The notes beneath the pieces were generated by a model. The model saw only the letters and a list, made by a program, of their open reading frames with translations. It was not told where the DNA came from and made no database searches. The position numbers were made by a program, and so were the translations under genes. A stretch of DNA of 64,000 bases, taken from assembly GCF_009914755.1 (NCBI RefSeq), contig NC_060931.1. One strand, given 5' to 3'. The DNA is from the human T2T-CHM13v2.0 reference genome, Homo sapiens. This document shows positions 29,602 to 48,350 of the stretch, in pieces; position 1 is the stretch's first letter, and the number at the start of each line of letters is the position of its first letter.

Positions 29602-30464
29602 GTTTGTTTTTTGGTTTAAAGTAATGCTTACCTGTACTTTCCTGCTTCATATGTAAAATTAAATATTCTTTGTGTCTTATTAACTATCTGTATGTTCTGA
29701 AGAACTTCTCTAGAGTGATGTGTTTTGTGCATTGAATAATAGTTTGAAAATAATCATTCAAAAAACAATTCTGAAACATAGCATATATTTTAGGTATAGG
29801 TTCTGCAATTTAGACTCATTTCTTAATATTTAGCCATGGATATTTTTAACCCCTAACACTTTAAATATCTTGTGATTCAAATTAAAGGGAAAAAGCAAAT
29901 GTCCAACAGCAGGTCTGTATGATGTTTACACAGTAATAATGCACATAGTGATTTATACTGTCTGTAAATCCAGTACTTTTTTAGAAAATAATCTTTTGAT
30001 ACAAAATTCTTGATTTCTCAAAACACTAAATATATCTTTAAATTATGGTAGTATTTAGTTGCATGATTTATATGGTAGACATATCAAAATATCTAAAATA
30101 TCAAAATATCTAAAATGATACTATACTTTAAATAATAAAATAATTCTCGTTATGTTTAGTTGCTGTTAATATAGATAGCAGTGCTTAAAAATGGAGGTTG
30201 AGTGTATGTAAAAGGCAGGCTGATTTATGGCAATTAGAGGAAACTGAAGAATAAAGGAAATATATTTAACAGCCTGTTCACAGACTCCAATTTGGTCTAA
30301 TCTCTAAAATCATTAAATTTAATTATATCCTTTGTTTTATGATCCCCAAATCTATAGCAACAGTCATTGTCACCAAAGCCAAGAATCACAAGGTGCTTGG
30401 AAAACATTCCGTTTAAGACCCTATCCATATGTGCACTGGCCTAAGTAGTGTATACACATGCTTA

Positions 30465-30908
30465 ACACACACACACACCACACACACACCACACTCACAC
30501 CACACATACCCATGCACACACACCACACATATCCACACACACACCACACACACACCACACATACCCACACACACCACACACACACACCACACTCACACCA
30601 CACATACCCACACACACCCACCACACATACCCACAAACACCACACACACACACCACACACACACCACACATGCCCACACACACATCACACACACCACACA
30701 TACCCTCACAACCACACACACACCACACACACGACAAACACCACCCTCACACACCACACACACCACAAATACATACACACCTCACGCCCCCACACCATAC
30801 ACACACCACATACCCACACACGACACGCACACACCACACATACCCACACACACCACAGACGCACACACCATACACACCACACACACGCCACACACACACA
30901 CACTCACT
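30465..30908. repeat. About 440-bp compound (CA)-rich repeat (cacaccacacatacccacaca variants)
   Basis: Directly visible. It generates the His/Thr and Cys/Val ORFs in the track. Confidence 0.95.
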
Positions 30909-32526
30909 CTGATCCCACGGGGTAGACATCCTCCTGTACTTGAAAGATTCTCTCTAGAAATATTCTTCATATATGGAGATGTTATTTTTTAATACACTGT
31001 GTACAGACAGAAAGATGGGTAAAGGGGAGATACAGGTTAGGATAGGAACCTTCATCTAAACAATGTCATCTTTTTGCAGATCATTTTCTTTGATTTAAAA
31101 AAATTATGATGCAAATGATTTGAATATATTTTCCTTCCCACTGCCACATTGTGATATTATTTACTCATGAGCTAGATACGAAATACCAAATAAACTTTAT
31201 CAAATTCTTCCATGTAATTAAATTTCTCTGAAAGTGTAGACTTTGTACTCCCTAGAAACAATGCTAGAACAATTCAATATTACAATGATGAAACACAGAG
31301 TTTGCAGTGTTAAAGAGATGTCATAGAAACTACCACAAATGACAGTATTTTTCTGACTTTAAAAACATATATTTTATTAGTTGAATAATTTACCAAAACA
31401 TTCTAAAATGCTAAAAGACATAGTGAGAGACGGATGCCTGGGAAACAGACTTACTTTCCCAGGGGCCATCGGGATCCCCTGGATTTTCTATGCCTTTTGT
31501 TTCCTATACCTTTTATGGTGTCTAGTACACTGACTCTGTTGCCCTTGTATGTCAGCTTAATCCTGTGCACCTTTCAGGGTTCCATTTAAGTTTCATCTCC
31601 TTCACAAAGCATTGCTGGGCTAGTGGTCTTTTAAAAGTGTGTCAGTAGCACTGTGTGTATCTCTTTCTGTCATTATTTATCCATAAATTCCCCCCATTAG
31701 CCTGTAATCTCTTCAATGACAGGTTTCAATGGGCTTTTGCTTGCTACAGCATTTTAATTGTCTTGAGAGTCCATGAATTTGCAAGAAGACCCTATCTCTA
31801 TCACACTAAACCACAATCTTCTTCATGTAAAACCAGAAAAAAAAACAAACGTGCATATTTTAGCCCTTGAAAACCTTTGGGAATATCAAAATAGCAACTT
31901 GGTGACTCACAGTAACATGCCTTCTTTTTAGTCATAACTGAATAAACCTGCAGTTGAAACAGAATAGTCAAAATGGCCTAAATTACAATACTGCATATAT
32001 GTCCTTATCTCCTTCCCAATGTATTCACTTAGAAATAGCCTTAAATCATAGAAACATATTTTCTATCACAGAAACACATTTCCATTTGCAATAAAAACTG
32101 AATGGTGATGTGGCCAAGGACTGAGATGGTAAAGCTGCTTTATCATGGAGTTTTGCCAGGCTTGATAAAAGATGTTAAAAACTCTAATTGATTTCTGAAG
32201 TTTCAGTTCCTAAAGGGATTTTTTTAATGGATTTATTGAGATAAATTTGACATAGAGTGAAATGCACAGATCTTAAAGATATAATTTTATATATTATCAT
32301 TACATAGCTCCATTTAAATATTAACTTTAATGAGTAATAATTTACATACAATAAATGCACTAATTTTAAGTGTATTTAAGTTAATGGTTTGATGAGTAAC
32401 CACCACCATAATCAAGATACAAGACATTTTTATTACCTCAAATAGTTACCTTAGGGAACTTTGTAGTCACTCTCAGCCTGAGACAACTATTCAGTCTGCT
32501 TTTTGAAACTATAAGTTAATTTCTCC

Positions 32527-32604
32527 AATTCTAGAATGTAATTAGAATAAAAGCACAACATACTTAATTCTAGAATATAATTACAATAAAAGCAGAACAT
32601 ACTT
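32527..32604. repeat. 39-bp tandem duplication within an old L1-like fragment
   Basis: aattctagaat(g/a)taatta(g/c)aataaaagca(c/g)aacatactt, two copies. Confidence 0.85.
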
Positions 32605-33199
32605 TTCTTGAACTGCTTCTTTCACTCATCATAATGTCATAATTATCGTTAATGCTTAAATGTTATGATGATACTGTAATTGGTATTGCTTTGAGTTATA
32701 GTAGACAAAACCCAGGGTCCACCTGATATGGGATGCCTAATTAGGAAACTTCATCATAAAGCTGGAACCCCATGGACTACACCTTTCTGTAAGGTGAAAA
32801 TAAATCTATCACCCCAGGGACTGCATGGAAAATTGCCAGTGTCAAACCTTGGGTGCTGAGTGGAAAAGCCAAAAAAATTTTTTCTAACAAATTATGATCA
32901 CAAGTAGCCTTAATTTATGTTACTTTTCAGAAGAAAAAAAAAAGCATATCTTTCCTTGGGCGTTCATCTTTACTCAAAGAAAAAAAGTTAAAGTTTCGAG
33001 AAATATGAGTTGACGGTTTCAAGGTACAAAGTTCGCAGGAAAATAAAGCACCATGAGTAAAAAACAGCAGAAAATAGAAGAAAGGGAGGGAGGAAGAGAA
33101 AAAAAAGAGAAGAAAGAAAATAAATATAAGGTCAAAATCATTTTATTATCAATTATACCAAACTAGAACAAATATCTCCAATTGCATATAACTTATTCC

Positions 33200-35050
<1,851 letters not shown>

Positions 35051-36237
35051 TATTTAATATAATTTAAAATCTGCTGTGTATAATGTACTTTGCAGTTATG
35101 TGATTATGTGGATATAAAATGAATATGACATAGTTCCTGCTCTCTGAGGACTTACAAAATGGCTTAAAACTCTGTGTCTTCAACTTGCTTCAGTATGAGA
35201 ATATCATGGTACTTCTTTAAAAGTACAGATTTACCCACCCAGCCTCAGACCTACCAAATCTGAATATGGCTTGCAAGGGTGTCACCTGCGGGTGTTTGTG
35301 GGAAGCGGTTACATGCAATCAGTATTGGAGTGGTCCAGTGTAAAGATGCCAGGAATCTTGCAGTAAAGATCTTTGAGTCCTGGTATTGCAAGCACTTTGC
35401 AAGAAGGAATGGCTGCCACAAACCACAAGTCAGCCATGTGAGGAAAGGACTAGAATTATTCTCCCTAGAAGGAGATTGTAAGATTGAGACTATGTTTATC
35501 ATTAATCTATGTAATACCATAATCCATGTAATACCACCAATGACATTTGTGTTGGTTTTACTTTTTTTTGTACTTTAAATTCTGTAACTGTAATTTCTGG
35601 TTCTATCTGATGATCTGATAGCATTTTTGCAATTACACGAATCAATTTTTATATAAACACCATATTTTTCAACATTCAATTACTTGTACAATTATAGAAT
35701 TACTAAAATAATGATAACATGTCTCTTCAGTCACTCATAGCTGCCCTCTTCTATAGAGGAAAATTCAGGGAAATACAAATCTCTTAGTTTCTTCCCACAG
35801 TTCTACTGGCATCAGAATAAGTACTTCATTGTTCTCTTGGCAAGTAAAATGAAACTCAAGGAAGACTGCCAGTTTGAATTTGCAGTGTGACATTTGAATT
35901 ATAGAGGTCCACTTTGGTCTGTCGACCGTTTAGTTCAGGATCTCAGTGGGAAAAAAGATCACTGGTTCCCTTCTCATATAGAATATATTTATCAGGGACT
36001 TAAAGACAATAGCATTTCTCTCTTTATAAGTAGGTAAATGTATTAAATGGAATTGAATTAAGAATATTAAGACATGGTGAATATATTTTATGCTCACAAG
36101 CAGCTTATTTTGCTGTGGAAACAGTAAATATGTATGGTAAAAAATTTAAATCCTTTTCAAGGCAACCTGTCAAAAGATCCAATAACGATAGTGTAAAAGA
36201 ATCATCACAATTTTAAGGCATAAAAAATAAAAATTAA

Positions 36238-37049
<812 letters not shown>

Positions 37050-37557
37050 GAAATTGAATGTCTGACCCATGGACAGACAATACCTTTGGCCTGATACTCT
37101 CAGTTTGAGATGGGTCAACTTGAACTCATGACCAACAGGATTGGAAGGGTTCAACAAACATTGTTTGTCAAATAGAAATGACAGATTCCAGAAAGCTGCC
37201 AACCTGGCTACAAGTGGTAGCCTTCTGTTTGATTAAAACTTTGTCTCTCTGCCTCCTGAAACAGGGAGTTTGGCTTGATGATGTCTTCAATTCATAGGTT
37301 TTCTTTAAATCCCTGGTATTGGTTCACTGATAGTTCTGCCAAGTTGTTCAATGTTGTCTTCTGGTTTTTCAATCTCAGCACTAGTTATGCAGACACCAGA
37401 ATGGACATGGCCACTCTGCTCAATAGGCAGCACTCAAGCCCATTTATATCACTGGCCAATACTCCCCTTGATGAAGCATGTTATATTTTTACTAACTCTG
37501 GGTCTATTACGACTGACTTGTTGGGTCTGTCACTCCTAAAATTACAGACTGACATAT
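37050..37557 (+). pseudogene. Ancient class III (ERVL-like) pol remnant: connection and RNase H region
   Basis: Frameshifted translation gives EIECLTHG, NRIGRVQQTLFVK*K*QI, WFTDSSAK, GHSAQ*AALK and CYIFTNS. These are colinear with ERVL pol motifs as I recall them (ETERLTMG, KVGxAQQxSIIKWKWYI, WFTDGSA, SSQWAEL, YTDS). Confidence 0.72.
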
Positions 37558-37575
37558 AAAAGTTTGGGATAGATA

Positions 37576-37878
37576 GGGTTAGGAGTGGTGGCTCACACCT
37601 GGAATTTCAATACTTTGGGAGGTTGAGGTGGGAGAATAACTTGAGGCCAGGAGTTCAAGACCAGCCTGGACAACATAGCAAGACGTGTCTCTAAAAAAAT
37701 AATTTTGTAAAAGCCCGGCATGGCATTGCTGCATGCCTATAGTCCCAACTGCATGGGAAGCTGAGGTGGGAAGATCACTTGAGCCCAGGAGTTTGAAGCT
37801 GCAGTGAGCTATGATTGTGCCATTACATTCCAGCCTGGGTGACAGAATGAGTCCCTGTCTCTAATCAATCAATTAAAA
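37576..37878 (+). mobile_element. AluJ inserted in the ERVL remnant
   Basis: J-type dimer. TSD aaaagtttgggat at 37558-37570 and 37879-37891. Confidence 0.88.
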
Positions 37879-38279
37879 AAAAGTTTGGGATGGCAAACAG
37901 TGGAAGCAAATTGTGGCAACTGGTCACATTCTTTGAACTGCTTATGTAGCTGCACCTTAGAGGAATTTTTATATATTTAAATGTATTTAAAGAAAGGCTT
38001 TTAAAAATAGAATCAGAATCTGCAGTTTAATAGGATCTCCAGGTGATTCTTTTAAAAATATTTTTATTGATGCATAAGATATACATCATTTCAGGGTACA
38101 TGTGACAATTTAATATATTCATTTAATTTGTAAAGATCAAATCCGTTTACTTGGGATATCCATCACCAAAGAAAGACCTTTGTAAGAAGTCTTTTCTTAA
38201 AAATAAAGAAAAAATGAAATCTTTTCTTTAGGATATTTTAAAGAATTTTAAAATATATATATGTATTTAAAGAAAGACC

Positions 38280-39160
38280 ACCATTAGATCATGTAGCCTT
38301 CAGATGATTATAGAGATCCCTCCAAAATGAGGCTACTCTTAGTTACTAAAGGGAGCTTTCCTGAGGGATAACTAATTTATTATTTGTATGAGCCCTACAG
38401 GCAATTGTCCTTATGATTAAAGTCATTTAATCAGATAAGATCTTATGAAAATGGTTCCTGATTTTAGGTAATGTGGTTATTGGTACCACCTCAGTCCTGG
38501 AAGGCAGTCATGTCAGCCTCAACCTTTTGGCCAGGGTTTTTCTGGACAGTAGAATTGCTCTAACCCCTAGACTTCCTCCTTGTATGCCAAGGTTTGAGTC
38601 TATGTAATTATTGATCCTGCTGTACCTGGTTCAATACCTTAGGCCAAGTGGAAAGGTCAATACAGAAGCTTAAGGAGAAAGTCCTGGGTTTCTAAGGTAT
38701 ATCCTGATGGTTTATGGGATTTCTTTAACCAGTTGGGTCTGGGAGCCTAGAGAATATAGTTGTTATCAATGCCGAAAGTTAGACTAATTCTGCTGCTTGG
38801 AATCCTATTGATAGTAGTATTAATCATATGCTCTGAGATAGACTGAATGGCTTTGGTCCTAGCCACTCTTGGTTACATTGATCAGTGTGGCCAAGGGAAT
38901 GCCATACTCGGAGAAAATTCACCTCAAGCCAAGACTGTGTAGAAATGAGGGTGGACGTTGTTTGGAGACAATTCCTCCATGGGTTCTCCCTTCTCTGCTT
39001 GTTTTTTGAGCAGCAGCAGCACCAGCAGCCTATGTTTCAGATTATCTTTCCAATGATGTTGGTATCATTGGGAGACAGTATGTCCCTTTAGGCAGTGACA
39101 GGTTTGTTTATCACTCATTATTCAAAAATTTGAATTTCCTAAGGGCAGAATTCTTAAGAT
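38280..39160 (+). mobile_element. Probable 3' internal region, polypurine tract and partial 3' LTR (MER76-like) of the ERVL element
   Basis: gagggtggac (38947-38956) is followed by tgtttggagacaattcctccatggg, resembling an ERVL LTR start. The family name is from memory. Confidence 0.5.
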
Positions 39161-39177
39161 TTTATTGGTTGTACTAT

Positions 39178-39497
39178 CTTTCTTTCTCTTTCTTTTTTTT
39201 TTTTTTTTTGGAGACAGAGTTTTGCTCTGTTGCCTAGACTACAGCACATTGATGCAATCTTGGCTGACTGCAATCTCTGCCTTACGGGTTCAAGCGTTTC
39301 TCATGCCTCAGCCTCCCAAGTAGCTGGGATTACAGGCCAGTGCCACCATTCCCAGCTAATTTTGTATTTTGTTTTAGTAGAAACAAGGTTTCACCATGTT
39401 GGCCAGGCTGGTCTCAAACTCCTGACCTCAAGTGATCCACCCACCTCAGCCTTCCAAAGTGTTGGGATTACAGGTGTGAGCCTCCACGCCCAGCCTG
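39178..39497 (-). mobile_element. AluS
   Basis: Full dimer containing ggccaggctggtctcaaactcctgacctcaagtgatcc. Confidence 0.9.
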
Positions 39498-39499
39498 GT

Positions 39500-40553
39500 T
39501 ATACATTCTGCTTCATTTTTAAACCGCATTCTTCTGGCAGTTCCATGGATTTGAACTCTGTTTGGAAGCCATTTCTTAACTGTAGACTTAATTTTAAGAC
39601 TTTGAAAACCATCAAGTTTCTGTTTAAACAGAAAGAATTCCTTTCTGTTTAATAGTACTCTCAACTGAACTCTATTCTTTTTACATTTTACTACAAGCAG
39701 CAAGAAGAAATCAGGCTGCACCTTCACCACTGTGTTTAGAAGTCTACTTAGCCAGATCACCCTGTTCACAAGGAACACTTCCTACTTTCTCGTTAGAGAA
39801 GGTGATAATGTTGCTAAGCTTTGTGTCACTACATAATAAGCACGCTCCCTTCCAGTTTCCACTCACAATCTGTGCAGTGCAATTTAGTCTTGCTCCAATA
39901 CACTCTTCGGAATCCTAGCCTTCGCCCACTGCCTGTTTCCAAGCCACTTCCCTGTTTTTTTCTGTATTTGTTTTGGCAGCATCCCTCTTCAATTTGCTGC
40001 ATTACAAACTACCACCAAAACTTAGCAACTTAAAAGAAGAAATATTTGTACATTACCGTGTCTGTGGGTCAATTTAGCTGGATGCCTCTGACTCAGAATC
40101 TCTCCCAAGGCTGTAAGTGAGGTGTTAGCCAGAGCCGTGGTCATCCAAATGCTCCACTGGGAGAGGATCTGCGTCCATGCTCACTCACAGCTGTTGGCAG
40201 GACTGAGAAGACCCACTTCCAGGCTCCCTCATGTGACCTGGCAGGCCTCAGGTCCTCACTGGCTGTTGGCCAGAAACATCAGCTCCTTGGGATGTGGGCC
40301 TCTCCCTGCTCATAAGATGGCAACTTGCTTCCCAATAGTGAGGGCTGAGAGAGAGAGAGCAAGAGGACAAAAGAGGCACAAATCACAGTCTTTTTTTTTC
40401 AACTAATCTGAGAAGTGGCATTCCATTACTTTTGTTGTATTCTGGTTGTTGGAAATCTGTCATTCAGCCCTCACTCAGTGGGAAGGGATTATACAAGGGC
40501 ATGAACACCCAGAAAGCAAGGTCATTGGGGTCATTTTGGAGTCTGCCTCCTAT
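39500..40553 (-). mobile_element. MLT1 MaLR: internal fragment (about 39500-39990) and LTR (about 39991-40553)
   Basis: gcagcaagaagaaatcaggctgcaccttc and ccaagccacttcc are MLT-int-like. ttgctgcattacaaactaccaccaaaacttagc...ttggagtctgcctcctata is LTR-like. Confidence 0.68.
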
Positions 40554-40842
40554 AGTAGGAAATAGAGTCCCAGCTTCTGGAGTATACTTTCTAAAAGGAA
40601 GGGGATAAAAACTAAAGAATGGATTTGAGTTGTCGGAAAATATTTTATTGGCAAATAATGATTTTTTTGGTCAAAATTTTAGGAAGAATAATTTTTCAGC
40701 AATATTACCAATGACCTGACAAGGTGAGAGCCTGAAGGTAAGGAACACAGACGCCATATGAGTAATCTAGAGAAGGATTTTAGATGTTTCTTGAGTGGGT
40801 GACTAGACAATGAGAATGGAGTGAAAAATCAGGAAATATTCT

Positions 40843-45469
<4,627 letters not shown>

Positions 45470-45559
45470 AAAATCAGGAAATATTCTGATAACAAAAGAT
45501 TGAAAAGAAAATTTTGAATGAGTTGATAAGTGGGAGAAAAAAATAAATATATATGCTGG

Positions 45560-45990
45560 GCCAGGCATCATTTTGGATATTTTGCATATTTCATTTCTTC
45601 GAATCCTCTCAATATCCTATGAGATTGGTATCTTTTACACCATTTTATAGAAGAGACCACAAAAGATACAAACTAAATGACTTACTTACTGTTATGCAAC
45701 TGGGACATTAGGATTTTTCTCTCTTCTGGCCCTCATCTCTCCAACCCCAAATGCTTTTTTTGTTGCATTAGTTTATGGTGTTGTCCTGGAGAAATAAGGG
45801 ATGGTGAAAACAATCATAATCATAACGTCATGCAGTCAGTTAGCATATTCTAGGCACTGTGGTTAACTCTTTCATATCACTACAATGAATTCTCATAGCA
45901 ACCTCTTTAAATGAAGAAGGTGCTGTTATTTCCATTTTATAGATGAGGAAACAACATTCAAAGAGACTAAGTGTACTAACATTATAAAAT
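45560..45990 (-). mobile_element. Two MIR fragments
   Basis: ccattttatagaagagacc and tccattttatagatgaggaaac cores. Confidence 0.6.
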
Positions 45991-47039
45991 TAGGACACAC
46001 AGGAGTCACTGACAAAAAAATGGAAAGAGAGATGCTTCGGCAGAGAGAGGGATGTTTTTGCCGAAAGGCCTCTGGATGGTTGGTGCAGATTTAGGAATTT
46101 TAAACATTAAAATGTGAGTTTGACGTTTTCCTCCTCCAGGGAAGAAGCAGCTCTCCTTTATTCTCTCACAGAAGTGCGTCTGAAAATACATAGCACCAAA
46201 TTCAAATCCGGTAAACAAATTCCATCAAAAACTGCATAATTAAGGCTATTTTTGTGATTAGCGCCATTTAGTTTCCCTGAATTTACCAGAGCAAACATTG
46301 CTACAGCAAAAATTACTGCTAATGGTTGAACCTAACAACAAGAGAAAATCCCCAGAAGGGTCATTTAGGCCCCAGCTGCAGCTGTGTTTCACTATATTTC
46401 ATCCTGGAAAGCTGAGATTAACAGGAAAATCAGGCTCTACTGTGCTATGCAGATGTGGCTACAACTATCTGAATTTATTCAGCAAACATTTGTTCAGTGC
46501 CCACTATATGCCAAGCAATGTACTAGCCACACCGGGATTGCAGGGATAAATTGTACCTGGCACTCTCTAGGAATGTTCAGATGAAAGAAGTTGATGAGAG
46601 AAGGCAGATATAGAAACATCAAAGCATTATGAGTGATGTCAGCTATACAGTGGGAGCATAAAGGAGTGAATTAGGAGAGTCTTAAGGGCAGCAGCTTCAC
46701 AGGATGTTCTCATGTACACGGTTATTCATCTTGAATCCTTGGGGCAGGTTGGGGCCAGTAAATGAGGAGGACAGAGGCATGGAAGTTTTCTTGGGCTTGG
46801 GTAGAAGCTGGTGCCTACCCCAACCTGGGAATATAAGTAGAGGAACAGGTATATATAGAGGAAAGGAAAAGTTTTACTTCAGAAATGACCAATTTGCTTA
46901 TAAAAGATTCATGTGTTGAGGTCTTCTAGGAACTTACATTTATGAGACCAAAGTTTAGCAAATGTGGTTACAAGATACAGATGAGAAAATCGTTAGCATT
47001 TTGCTATTGCAGTATTTTGACACCAGCAGCAGCAACAAT

Positions 47040-47260
47040 AGCGGTCACTCGTTTTGAGCACCTACCATGTGCCAGACCTTGTGTTAAATACATAGGCACC
47101 ATCTAACTTAATCTTATGACAGCTTTCTTATGCTAAGGAACTGTTTTGTCCTTACTTTATAGATGAAAAGATTAAAGCTTAGATATAGACGCTAATTCCC
47201 AATGTCTCAGGACCAGGACTTGAACACAGTTCTACGTGACTTCAAAACCAAAATCCTTTC
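47040..47260 (-). mobile_element. MIR
   Basis: gagcacctaccatgtgccag...tttatagatgaaaagattaaagcttaga...ggacttgaacacag. Confidence 0.65.
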
Positions 47261-47444
47261 ATTGATCCCCACTTAACCAACTCCCCAATATAACAGATAC
47301 TCTCTGTTCCTTCTGCAAAACCTAGACTGATATCTATAGCTCTCATGAGTGTCCCAGGCTCTAGTATGTCTACATACGTCTCCCACTAGTCAAAAGTTAT
47401 ATGTTTACCAAGAGACACAACCTGTTGGTTGTACTTGTTACTAT

Positions 47445-47930
47445 AATTATGTTATTTTATAAAATATTAAGTGATGTAATATGTGTGTAAATGAAGTTGT
47501 TGTATCTATGAAAACTAAATACAGTGCTTTGGGAAGATTTAATAAAGACTGGCAGCTCAAGAAAATTAGGTATGAGAAGGAAATATAAAAGAGGGGAAAA
47601 CCATAAAATTCTATAGAAATTTTGCATTCATTTTGCCTTGGAAGGATCTTTTTCATCTGTTTTAAAGATGCTACAGTAATTTCATACACTATATGTTATG
47701 GTTGTAGTTTATACAAGAGTGCATAAAATGTCAGTCAGCAGACCCATAAGCCAAGAGGAAGACTTGGCCCTGCAATTAAAAGATGAGCAAATAAATGAAT
47801 ACTTCTGTGATTTAAGTTAACATAAAATGGTATGCATATGTGTGTGTGTTCGTTTGTTTGTCAGCGATTCCTCTCTGTATTGCAATTAACCCACAAGTAC
47901 TGCTCCCGATTCTTTCAAAGGGGAATTCTA
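47445..47930 (+). mobile_element. TcMar-Tigger-like DNA transposon fossil
   Basis: Degenerate N-terminal transposase-like translation VVVSMKTKYSALGRFNK, with a later SRPISQEEDLAL-like stretch. Confidence 0.45.
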
Positions 47931-48159
47931 TATTCTTGTCCAGGGTAAGCATATTATGAGAGAAGAGAAGAGGACAAGAACTTTGGAGCCCACTATACAG
48001 AGGTGCAAGTCTTCAAAGTGAATTCAGTGATAATGTTTAAAGCCGTGGAAGGTGAATTTCAATACAACAGGATTATCCACCCAGGTTTGGGGATGGGATC
48101 ATTAAAAAATATATTCCCAATTTTTTTTTCTGCAGAACTTTAGTTTCTGTAGACTGGAA

Positions 48160-48350
48160 GCATCATAGCATAAAAGAAGGAGCATGGGCTTTAAAATATG
48201 TTGAATGCAGCTTCAACAACTTAATTAATTGACCTTAGGTATGGTCTCTGAGTCTCAGTTTCCTCAAATTAAGATAGTATGGTAACACCCATATCCCATA
48301 GTTGTTGAGGAATGTCCAATGCTGGGCACACAGTAAGTTGCAAAAGTATT
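48160..48350 (+). mobile_element. MIR
   Basis: gagcatgggcttt...ctctgagtctcagtttcctca...gctgggcacacagtaag. Confidence 0.6.

Noticed and set aside
30421-30992. His/Thr-rich and Cys/Val-rich ORFs in all six frames
   Set aside because: Translation artefacts of a stop-free CA/TG repeat.
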